Positions 26,936 through 34,587 of a stretch of DNA of 42,717 bases are shown piece after piece; positions within the stretch are counted from its first letter, which is position 1; the number at the start of each line of letters is the position of its first letter. The translations under genes were made by a program, and so were the position numbers. The stretch covers positions 1-42,717 of the IMG/VR virus record IMGVR_UViG_3300014208_001436. One strand, 5' to 3'. The stretch is from a virus (lineage: Duplodnaviria; Caudoviricetes). The notes under the pieces are model-generated. The model was not told the DNA's origin. It made no database searches and worked only from the letters and a program-made list of their open reading frames with translations.

Positions 26936-28891
26936 TATCGATTTGCCCAAATAAAGATTCAGTGGTTTAAGAGAAAAATTAGACACCAGTAACTCATACT
27001 TGTGCCGTGCTCCCATGTGATGCACTCCCGTCCATAGCGTCTTGATTCGGTAAGTCTTGAAGCCCTTGAACAGCCCAACCTTTTCCAGCTCATAGCTCAA
27101 GAGGAATCTGCCCTTGATGCTTTTGAGTGTCGGTACTAAATCTTCCTCCTTGAAGAATTTTGAGCCATGCTTGCCGCCTTCCTTGGGCCAGTGGAGGGGA
27201 TAAGGCGGGTCCAGGTAAAAGAAGGTGTTATCCGAGTCGTACTCCTTTATCACTTCTTTCCAGTCCCATGAATGAAGTCTTGTGCTCTTGAGTCGCTCCT
27301 GTATTTCCGGCAGATGGTCGACTAGCCTTATCGGCATCCCTTCGCCGCTTGAGCCATGATTCCGGACTCCTTCCATAACGTCGGTTCGTCCCCAGTATGT
27401 GGCCTTGTTTAGATACGCTATTCGGTAGAAGCGTTCTCGCGGGCTTTTGGGGACGGACTCGAACACCTTCTTCGCATGCGCCTTGGAGATAATCCAGTGC
27501 TGCTTTTTAAGCCAGGCTAAATTCTCCGGCGACATGGTTTTGATGAAGCGGTAGGCAAACATCAGGTCGGAGTTGATGTCGTTTATCACCTCCGTGTCAG
27601 ATTGCTTCTTGTGAAAGAACACCTGAGCGCCGCCACAGAATCCCTCAACGAAGGTCTTATGCTCCGGGATGAGCGAGATTATTTTCTTATATAGCCGGTA
27701 CTTGCCGCCAGGACTTTTGAATGCACCGCGTATCTTCTCCAATGGATCAACCAAATGGGGGAAAATCTCAGACATTTGGTTTATTGACTCCGGCAATACA
27801 TCCTTTTCTATGTAGAGATGCACCGGCTTCAGCGGGAAATTGGAAGCCATCATTTCCGTAACCCACTCCTTGTTCCCACCGGGGCCCCGCATCTGGTTCC
27901 GGCGCTTCACGATATAGACGTGATATCCCTTGAAAACCTTGGCGTGCTCCGATGGGTATGAGACGATCCATTTCGCCTTGAGGCCTTTAACGGCTTTCAG
28001 GAATTCTTCTTCCTTGAAGCCGAAATCGAAGAGGTTGAACTTGTCCGGATATGGCGGGTCCATATAGAAGAACGTGTCTGGGCTGTCATACTCCTTCAGT
28101 ACTTGCAGATAGTCTTTATTGCTGACCGCTACATTGCGCAGGCGCTCCTGGGCGCGTTCTACTGTGTTCGGAAAGTCTATTTTTACGCCCTCATTAGCGG
28201 GATTGAATGAGCCGCCGCGCATTTTGCCGTAAGAGGATCGTGTGAGATAGAACGCCTTGTAGAACCTATCCCGGTCTGTTTCCGGCTTCATGGCTTTAAG
28301 CCGTTCGTGGGTCTCCCTGAGGATTGTCCACTCCCGCTTTGCGAGAGCGTTCGTGTCCTCCTGGCTGTGGTCGCGGATGAATTTATGCATGAAGGCGATC
28401 TCCGCATCGCGGTCGTTTAACGCTTCCTGCGGCGACGGGTCTTTGGCGTAGAGAACGGCTGCCCCGCCCGCGAACGGTTCGACATAGGTGCGGTGGTGGG
28501 GGATATACGAGGCGATGCGGTGAGCCAGGAAGCGCTTGCCGCCGTAGGAGCCGAAGGCCTGCCGCACCCCCTTCTCGGCATCCTCCTCAGCTTCCACGTC
28601 GGTTTCGTCAGCTATGATAGCCAGGGTTTGTTCCTGCAAATTGTCCTGTATCGTATGCTGAAAGCCCCGGCGGATCATCTCTTGGATGACGATGACGTGC
28701 AGAACCAGAATATCCTGCGCGTCCCAGTTCGTCTTTTCATCAAACACCTTGTGTCCCGCCTGCAGCATGGCCCATGCCCTGTGCAGAATGAAATCCATCG
28801 CCAGCAGGTCTTGGTCCGGTAGTTTGGCCGGGTCCGAGCGGAACAATTGTCCGTAGTCCGCAAAATCAATCTTCATTGTCTCAGTGGTCAT
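26870..28891 (-). CDS. Tandem double D12-class (Dam-like) DNA adenine methyltransferase with extra N-terminal domain
   Basis: Two complete motif sets: YGGK/EPFAGG/LND/MDPPY and PGGK/EGFCGG/IND/LDPPY; ATG 28891 overlaps portal stop, GGAGGA SD. Confidence 0.9.
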   Translation of the reverse strand: MTTETMKIDFADYGQLFRSDPAKLPDQDLLAMDFILHRAWAMLQAGHKVFDEKTNWDAQDILVLHVIVIQEMIRRGFQHTIQDNLQEQTLAIIADETDVEAEEDAEKGVRQAFGSYGGKRFLAHRIASYIPHHRTYVEPFAGGAAVLYAKDPSPQEALNDRDAEIAFMHKFIRDHSQEDTNALAKREWTILRETHERLKAMKPETDRDRFYKAFYLTRSSYGKMRGGSFNPANEGVKIDFPNTVERAQERLRNVAVSNKDYLQVLKEYDSPDTFFYMDPPYPDKFNLFDFGFKEEEFLKAVKGLKAKWIVSYPSEHAKVFKGYHVYIVKRRNQMRGPGGNKEWVTEMMASNFPLKPVHLYIEKDVLPESINQMSEIFPHLVDPLEKIRGAFKSPGGKYRLYKKIISLIPEHKTFVEGFCGGAQVFFHKKQSDTEVINDINSDLMFAYRFIKTMSPENLAWLKKQHWIISKAHAKKVFESVPKSPRERFYRIAYLNKATYWGRTDVMEGVRNHGSSGEGMPIRLVDHLPEIQERLKSTRLHSWDWKEVIKEYDSDNTFFYLDPPYPLHWPKEGGKHGSKFFKEEDLVPTLKSIKGRFLLSYELEKVGLFKGFKTYRIKTLWTGVHHMGARHKYELLVSNFSLKPLNLYLGKSILTVEPIEFMKESAHFGGQPGR

Positions 28892-30849
28892 TTTTCCTCC
28901 AGTACTGTAACCCATGTGCATCGGCAATTTGGATGCGCGGGCAGCATGTCCTGTGCATCATCCAGCGCCATAATCTTGCCGAGCTTCTCTCCGGGCGCAA
29001 CTTCAGCCAAGTCGGCGCATTCTTTACAGGCGTCCGAGGCCAGTAGCCATTGGACGTTTTCAACGCCAGCCTGCTTGAGCGCGTCCAGATTCCCGGCGTT
29101 ATAGGCCCGGTTGGCCTCCGTGCGGGCGATAACCTCGGCCAGCACATTCTTGCCGATTACCCGGCTGCTGGCGGCTCTGATGATATTTCCATCGGCATCC
29201 AGAACCGGCTTTATCGTGATAGTCTGGCTGCCGACCCAGGTATCAATGCGCTTCATAAGTTGCGGGATGGTCTCATTTGCCCTGATGCCGGCCGACAGTT
29301 CCTCCCGGAGCCGGTCCACCATGCCGCGCGTCAGGTCATCGGCCAGCGCTGAGGCCTCGGTTTTGAGTTTCTTTTGTGCCGCATGGCTTAAGTCCTCAAT
29401 GCCCTCAAGCCCGGCCCGCTGTGCCGATAGTTCCAGCCCCTTATATGCGGATTCCAGGGCGAACCGTTCTATGGTTCTGGCGACCTTGTCCTTGTCCACC
29501 AGCTGGAGCAGGACCTCCAGGTCGCCTTCGTGTTTCAGGCCCGGCAGTTTCGCCTTCACCACGTCGCCTATCTTGCGGAAGATGGCCCTTACCGCGTCAA
29601 CAAACCTGTTCTCAAGGGCAACTACGGCACGGGTGGCGTTGGCGATAGTCTCGCGCGGGTTCAGCGATTTCTGCATCTCCGGCATTCGTGGCGCTACAAT
29701 CCTGCGGACCTCATCCGGGCTGAAAACGCCGTTTTGCAGGTAGATGTTAAATATCTCGGCCTGGTCTTTTTCGTCTATCGCCCGCTTATTGAACTGGAAC
29801 GACCAGTCCGAGATGCCGAAGCCCTGCCGGATGACGTGCTTTGTGATTTTCTCCGCCAGCCGCATCTGGAAGGGCGAAATAGTCTCATCGTAAAATGTCG
29901 CCGTCTGCTGCTCGCCGCTGCCGCTGCCGATATTGCCGGTCTCGATTATAGAGACCTTGCTCGGCGGCACACCATAAACGGCCAGGATCTCGTTCCGGGT
30001 GAACTCCCTGAGTTCCAGAAACTCCATGTCCTTCTGGGTCGTGCTTATCTGTTTAAACTCGATGTCGCCCTCCAGCACGAGGTCTGAGTGCGCCATATCC
30101 GGATTCTTGGCGCGGGCCGCCATGTAGTCGCGGTTGCGGTCCACCTGCTCCGGTGTCGCGTCTTTCATGATGAACGCGCCCCGGATTTTCGCGCCGTTCA
30201 GGAAGAACGCCCGGTTGTATATCTGGGCGTATTTGTCCACCGTCACTGGCAATATCAGCGAAGCCAGCGGGGAAAGGCCGTATAGGGTAGCCCCCTTGGT
30301 TCCCAGTTTGAAGTGAATAACCTCTCTGGTTTTGAATTCGACCTTTCCCGGCTGGTTCCGCGGGACCTGGATGTAACCTGTAATGGAACCGTGCTCGTCT
30401 GCTTTTACCCGTATGCTGGTCGCGTCGAGGTTCCATAACTCGCGTGGTTTTCCGTCCGGGCCATAAACCACTTCAAGAAACGCATTCCCGAACACATAAA
30501 CGTCGCGAGCTATATCGTCCAGTATCTCCAGCAGGGTATCGTTGGGGTTGCAGTTGGCAAAGAACTCCTGCAGGGTTTCAGCATTCTTTGGGTCGGCATT
30601 AACCTTTGCGGGTGCCAGCGAATAGCCTCGGGCAGTTACAGCCTTGCAGATAACTCCGACTACGGCGCGGACCCAGGAGGTCTGCTCGTACATCTGGTTG
30701 AAAATCTCGAAGTCTATATCCGGCAGGATGCCGTCGCTGGTTGTTGGCAGGCCGGTGACATACGAGATTATCTGCTTGGACGACTTCTCGACCTCGGCAC
30801 GGATCACGCCGCCGAATAGTGCGTTTATCAATCGTTCTCTTATGCCCAT
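28888..30849 (-). CDS. Portal protein fused to a MuF/SPP1 gp7-like minor head domain
   Basis: FGNAFLE, EVIHFK, YGLSPL, DMEFLE, ILAVYGVPP; C-terminal IARTEANRAYN...C..C...PAHPNCRC. Confidence 0.92.
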   Translation of the reverse strand: MGIRERLINALFGGVIRAEVEKSSKQIISYVTGLPTTSDGILPDIDFEIFNQMYEQTSWVRAVVGVICKAVTARGYSLAPAKVNADPKNAETLQEFFANCNPNDTLLEILDDIARDVYVFGNAFLEVVYGPDGKPRELWNLDATSIRVKADEHGSITGYIQVPRNQPGKVEFKTREVIHFKLGTKGATLYGLSPLASLILPVTVDKYAQIYNRAFFLNGAKIRGAFIMKDATPEQVDRNRDYMAARAKNPDMAHSDLVLEGDIEFKQISTTQKDMEFLELREFTRNEILAVYGVPPSKVSIIETGNIGSGSGEQQTATFYDETISPFQMRLAEKITKHVIRQGFGISDWSFQFNKRAIDEKDQAEIFNIYLQNGVFSPDEVRRIVAPRMPEMQKSLNPRETIANATRAVVALENRFVDAVRAIFRKIGDVVKAKLPGLKHEGDLEVLLQLVDKDKVARTIERFALESAYKGLELSAQRAGLEGIEDLSHAAQKKLKTEASALADDLTRGMVDRLREELSAGIRANETIPQLMKRIDTWVGSQTITIKPVLDADGNIIRAASSRVIGKNVLAEVIARTEANRAYNAGNLDALKQAGVENVQWLLASDACKECADLAEVAPGEKLGKIMALDDAQDMLPAHPNCRCTWVTVLEEK

Positions 30850-31613
30850 AGCGTGTCCCCCGTTGAAATCCCAGCGGAGTGCCGGAACCGCCCCGACCCC
30901 TTGAGGATGGGAACCTCACGGCTCTCTCTTGAGCCCTCCTCCGCATCTATCCACCACCGCAAATCGCCATTCTTCGGATATTTGCTGCGCCAGTTAAATG
31001 GCGACTCCTTGATTAAGGCCTTTCGCAGTTTATGCGAGCACATGAATTTACAGTAGCGGAACTGGAAGCCTGATATTTTGGTCAGGCCGATACCACGGGT
31101 GAATTCGTTGGCTCTTGTCCCGTAGCGGGTAATCAAAAGCCGGGGATGCACTACCTCGCCATCTCCCGTGCAGTAAAACTGGCTCTTAATAAAACCACCG
31201 TATAGCCAGTTGGCCGATTGGTAGACATAGCCGGGTTTGCCCCGGAGGCCGTCAGCCCAGCTGAATAGCACATGGACATTCGGAAAATCCTGCCTGATAT
31301 GTTGGCAGCACTGCTTCAGGAACATGCTCTCGGTATTCCGGGGCATCTCGTCCAGGACGCAGAACCTGTTAAGTTCCAGATAATTGTTCACGCTCAGGGA
31401 CGGGAACAGCTTTCGGATGGTGTGCATGGGCCGGGTGCCGAAGCCCCAGAGCGCAACGCCCACCAGTTTCTCGTCTTTGAACAGGCCGTAGGTTATCTTC
31501 GTGATGGGCGGGCAGATGACGGCATAATGATGTGCCGCTACAAATTCCCGGCCCGTCACGTTACTGACGGGTCTTATAAACAAGCCGCTATCGTCCGCAT
31601 TAGATATAGTCAT
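30840..31613 (-). CDS. Mom-family (GNAT-fold) DNA adenine modification protein
   Basis: FVAAHHY, LVGVALWG, LELNRFCV...PRNTESMFL, SWADG..GKPGYVYQSANW, terminal YPK; start uncertain (31613 or 31643). Confidence 0.8.
   Translation of the reverse strand: MTISNADDSGLFIRPVSNVTGREFVAAHHYAVICPPITKITYGLFKDEKLVGVALWGFGTRPMHTIRKLFPSLSVNNYLELNRFCVLDEMPRNTESMFLKQCCQHIRQDFPNVHVLFSWADGLRGKPGYVYQSANWLYGGFIKSQFYCTGDGEVVHPRLLITRYGTRANEFTRGIGLTKISGFQFRYCKFMCSHKLRKALIKESPFNWRSKYPKNGDLRWWIDAEEGSRESREVPILKGSGRFRHSAGISTGDTLWA
30873..30944 (-). ncRNA. tRNA-Gly(CCC)-like cloverleaf embedded in the 3' end of the mom-like ORF
   Basis: GCGGAGG-AG-GGCTC AAGAGA GAGCC-G-TGAGG TTCCCAT CCTCA-AGGG-GTCGG GGCGGTT CCGGC-ACTCCGC-T; four stems at tRNA spacing, no encoded CCA. 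Confidence 0.7.
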
Positions 31614-33018
31614 TGTATCTGCTCTGGCCGAAATCAGAGACATATCTGATGTTCGGCGGCACCTTCTTTTTTCGCAGGACCTCCATCGCCAGCCAGAGCG
31701 CGTCCAGCAGGTCGTCATTACCCAAGGGGAAATGCAGGAGTTCCTCTTCCAGCTCCGGCAAGCTTTCGGGCAGCCGGAGAGCCCTGTTTTCAAACAGTAG
31801 CGCCAGCCCTCTGATACGCCGTTGTTTGTCGCCCTGAGTAGTGATGCCTTTTATCGGCAGTCGGGAGGTCTCCTCATCCACTCGCAACACCTGCAGCATA
31901 GACTGCTGATATGCGTTGGCTTCGATGCCCACCTCGGTGGGCTCATAGAACTTGCAGAGCCATTTGATGGTTTTTACCTGCTCCGGGAACTGGATGCTGT
32001 CCTTATGCGCCGCCAGCACATAGGCGTCTTTGTCGCCCTTTGGGATTCCCAGGACCACATAGGCGAACTTCGAATGGGACTCAGCACTGCCGGCCGCAAG
32101 GTCCACGCCTATGTAAATATTCATGTCCTTCGGCTTTTCCGCATAGCGGCAGGCGGTGAGCCATTCAATTTTGAAATCCGAGCCTTCCTGACCGGCGACA
32201 TCGTTGAGCATCTGCGTACGGTAGGCCTGGCTGCCCATATTTGCCTTTATCTGGTCCAGCGCTTCCGGTGACCATTTTTCAGGGAATAAGATTTGGCGTT
32301 TACCGGCTTCATCAGTCCATTCTGCACGCTGTTCGATTACGTGCCAGTTCTTGAAGCCGGGATCGGACATAATATGCCCGGCCAAGTCGTCTTTATGCCA
32401 GCGGGTCATGCAGACTATCAGCTGGCCGGACGGCTCCAGAATGGGCATGACAGTATTCTGGAACCACGAGATTATCTTCTTGCGCTGGTTCGGCGTCTGG
32501 GAGTTCTTCTCGCTGTGTGGGTCATCTATCACTATCAGGTCCGCATGCTGGCTTACGATGGTACCCAGTGCGCCCGCAGCCGATATGCTGGGCTCCTTGA
32601 GCACCTTGTCGCGGGGGATAAGAATCTTCTCAGCCGTCCACATGCTGCTCAGGGTGTCCCAGTGGCCGTAAAGCTCCTGGAACTTTTCGCTGGAGATATG
32701 CGCCTTGATGGTCTGGAGGATATCTTTGGCGTTGCCGAGCACTTCGTTAAGGATGGAAATGCGCAGGTTATGGTCCTGCGTAAGCCGCCAGAGAGAATAC
32801 CCCACGGTGACTGCCGAGGTCTTGAGATGCCCCCGGGGGCTCAAAAGCAGGATATAGCGATGATCCAGCAGTTCTTTATACCAGCGCAGGTGCAGCTTGC
32901 TGATATGGTGATATCCCAGCACGTCCCGCGCAAAGGCAAAGAGGTCGAACAGCTTCCGCTGGAGGCTCTTGGCGTCCAGTTCTGGGAGGGGGCCCTGATT
33001 AAGTATCCGGTTGGTCAT
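31600..33018 (-). CDS. Terminase large subunit
   Basis: Walker A SPRGHLKTS, Walker B LIVIDDP, MTRWHKDDL, nuclease YIGVDLA...GIEANAYQ...NDDLLDAL. Confidence 0.93.
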   Translation of the reverse strand: MTNRILNQGPLPELDAKSLQRKLFDLFAFARDVLGYHHISKLHLRWYKELLDHRYILLLSPRGHLKTSAVTVGYSLWRLTQDHNLRISILNEVLGNAKDILQTIKAHISSEKFQELYGHWDTLSSMWTAEKILIPRDKVLKEPSISAAGALGTIVSQHADLIVIDDPHSEKNSQTPNQRKKIISWFQNTVMPILEPSGQLIVCMTRWHKDDLAGHIMSDPGFKNWHVIEQRAEWTDEAGKRQILFPEKWSPEALDQIKANMGSQAYRTQMLNDVAGQEGSDFKIEWLTACRYAEKPKDMNIYIGVDLAAGSAESHSKFAYVVLGIPKGDKDAYVLAAHKDSIQFPEQVKTIKWLCKFYEPTEVGIEANAYQQSMLQVLRVDEETSRLPIKGITTQGDKQRRIRGLALLFENRALRLPESLPELEEELLHFPLGNDDLLDALWLAMEVLRKKKVPPNIRYVSDFGQSRYNDYI

Positions 33019-33160
33019 GAGAGTTGTTTTGCCGCAAAAAAATAATTTCGGTCAAAATCAGACTGTCGCAAAATCTGTAAAGGGGGAGCGTACCGCGTTC
33101 CGGCCTCAAAATTTACGCTATTTTTTACCTGTCTGCTCATAGTCGTTTCTCGTCGGTAAA

Positions 33161-33189
33161 ACCTGACATAATCGTGCATTATGTCAGGT
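33161..33189. repeat. Perfect inverted repeat, dif/Xer-site-like
   Basis: ACCTGACATAA-TCGTGCA-TTATGTCAGGT. Confidence 0.7.
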
Positions 33190-33212
33190 GAATCCCGCGC
33201 TTTCTCGCGGAT

Positions 33213-33743
33213 TCACTCGCCATTCTGCTCCCCTGGCCGCGCCTCGGGATCGTTTTCCAAAACGTCGGCTTTGGCCTCGCCTAGGCCAGCTTCTATCACC
33301 CGCTCAGCCGGGGCAGATTGAACCACTTCCCCTTTGATGAAGCGGGTAAACTGCATGATAGTCTCGTCGGTAAAATTTATAAGCGGCCCACGGTTCCCGG
33401 TCCCGGAGGTGGTCATAAGTGCTTTCAGCTTCACTGCGGACTCCAGCATCGCCGCGACCTCCTTTGGTGCAGCGTCTGATGCTTTTTGTATCCCCTGACG
33501 TAGATTGGCCTCAACGAACCGCCAGAACAGACGCTCGCGCTGTACGGCTTTTTTATCCTTGATGGTTTTCTTTGCCTGCTCGGTAACCTGCGATGGAGCG
33601 CGTGCGCTGTCTGAGCAGCGTAAGATGGACGTGCGCGGCCAGCCCAACTCTTTCGATAATGCTGAGGGGCTTTCACCTGCGGCCAGCCGTGCCGCAACTT
33701 GGTTTATTTCTTCCTGGGGATACTTCGGTTTTCGTCCTTTCAC
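33213..33743 (-). CDS. Terminase small subunit (putative, N-terminal HTH)
   Basis: KYPQEEINQVAARLAAGESPSALSKELGWPRTSI HTH; upstream of TerL; GTG 33743 with AGGAGA SD and GTGA overlap. Confidence 0.7.
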   Translation of the reverse strand: MKGRKPKYPQEEINQVAARLAAGESPSALSKELGWPRTSILRCSDSARAPSQVTEQAKKTIKDKKAVQRERLFWRFVEANLRQGIQKASDAAPKEVAAMLESAVKLKALMTTSGTGNRGPLINFTDETIMQFTRFIKGEVVQSAPAERVIEAGLGEAKADVLENDPEARPGEQNGE

Positions 33744-33925
33744 TGGTCTATCTCCTGTGCCCAATCCTCTTTCAGTTCCTTGCGCACCTTCCGCTGGTAA
33801 TCGCGGTGGTACTTCTGCTCATAATCCCTGCGCCAGGCGCGTTTGCACTTATGGTGATAGCGCTGGTTAGAGTATTCCGGCGTAAACGGCTGCTTGCAGA
33901 ATCGGCAAATCTTCTCTTTATACAT
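33740..33925 (-). CDS. Small Cys/His zinc-binding-like protein
   Basis: CRFCKQPF...RYHHKC; stop overlaps TerS start. Confidence 0.5.
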   Translation of the reverse strand: MYKEKICRFCKQPFTPEYSNQRYHHKCKRAWRRDYEQKYHRDYQRKVRKELKEDWAQEIDQ

Positions 33926-33973
33926 GATCGTTGGTTTTCGCGTGAAAGTCCATAAAACTGTTTAAACAGTTTG
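33924..33973 (-). promoter_or_regulatory. Second copy of the 26-bp operator/promoter element
   Basis: 33948-33973 is identical to 26420-26445; TGGACT-17 nt-GATCAT follows. Confidence 0.6.
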
Positions 33974-34243
33974 TATGTTCTCCGACGGCAATACACGCAC
34001 TCTGCCGCCTATATGTTTCTTGACCAGGTGGATATTATTGAGCGCCATCAGGTCATCGACCAGCGGCTCTATGAGGGCTATCTCTTCCAGCAGATAGTCC
34101 ACGAGGCCGGGAAATCTCTCTTTTGCCGCCTTGACCTGTGCGTTGTTTGACACGACCAGTACCCGCTCGCCTTTCAGCCACGGCAACATGACTGGCGACC
34201 AGCCTTTCCGGACAATGACTTGGTGAATGAGCGGTGTCAGCAT
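33962..34243 (-). CDS. Hypothetical protein, 93 aa
   Basis: Overlaps resolvase stop; operon context. Confidence 0.6.
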   Translation of the reverse strand: MLTPLIHQVIVRKGWSPVMLPWLKGERVLVVSNNAQVKAAKERFPGLVDYLLEEIALIEPLVDDLMALNNIHLVKKHIGGRVRVLPSENIQTV

Positions 34244-34587
34244 GCCGCCGCCTTTACATCCAGAACTACGCTCGTGCCGTCACTCTTGTGAATGCGGTAA
34301 ACTCCGGCTCTGAGATGCTCCCAGACCTCTGCCTGCGGCCATACCCCGAAGGTCCTGTTGCGCCTTACCGCTACCGCGCCGGACGTAACCTGGATGAAGC
34401 GCACCTCGCTCGGTTGCTTGAGGGCGACAATATCAAACGCGCCGAACAGATCACGCGCGCAGAATACTATGCCCCGCCCGGGTTGCCAGCCCGGCTTGCC
34501 GAAGCTGCGTTCCACCAGATACCCCTGGCTCTTGAGGTAATCCGCGACTTTCTTCTCATGCATATTGCCTTTTGAACGATTGCTCAT
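34237..34587 (-). CDS. Holliday junction resolvase-like PD-(D/E)xK nuclease
   Basis: KGNMHEKKVADYLKSQGY...FDIVAL...FIQV; GGAGGA SD. Confidence 0.75.
   Translation of the reverse strand: MSNRSKGNMHEKKVADYLKSQGYLVERSFGKPGWQPGRGIVFCARDLFGAFDIVALKQPSEVRFIQVTSGAVAVRRNRTFGVWPQAEVWEHLRAGVYRIHKSDGTSVVLDVKAAAC

Noticed and set aside
30873-30944. Calling the cloverleaf a canonical tRNA gene or an attB/attP remnant
   Set aside because: It lacks U8, the D-loop GG, TTC and CCA, and lies mid-operon far from the recombinase, so it is reported as tRNA-like instead.
31614-31793. N-terminal 60 aa of the track ORF 30840..31793
   Set aside because: Lies wholly inside terL in another frame; the Mom-like domain begins only after 31613.
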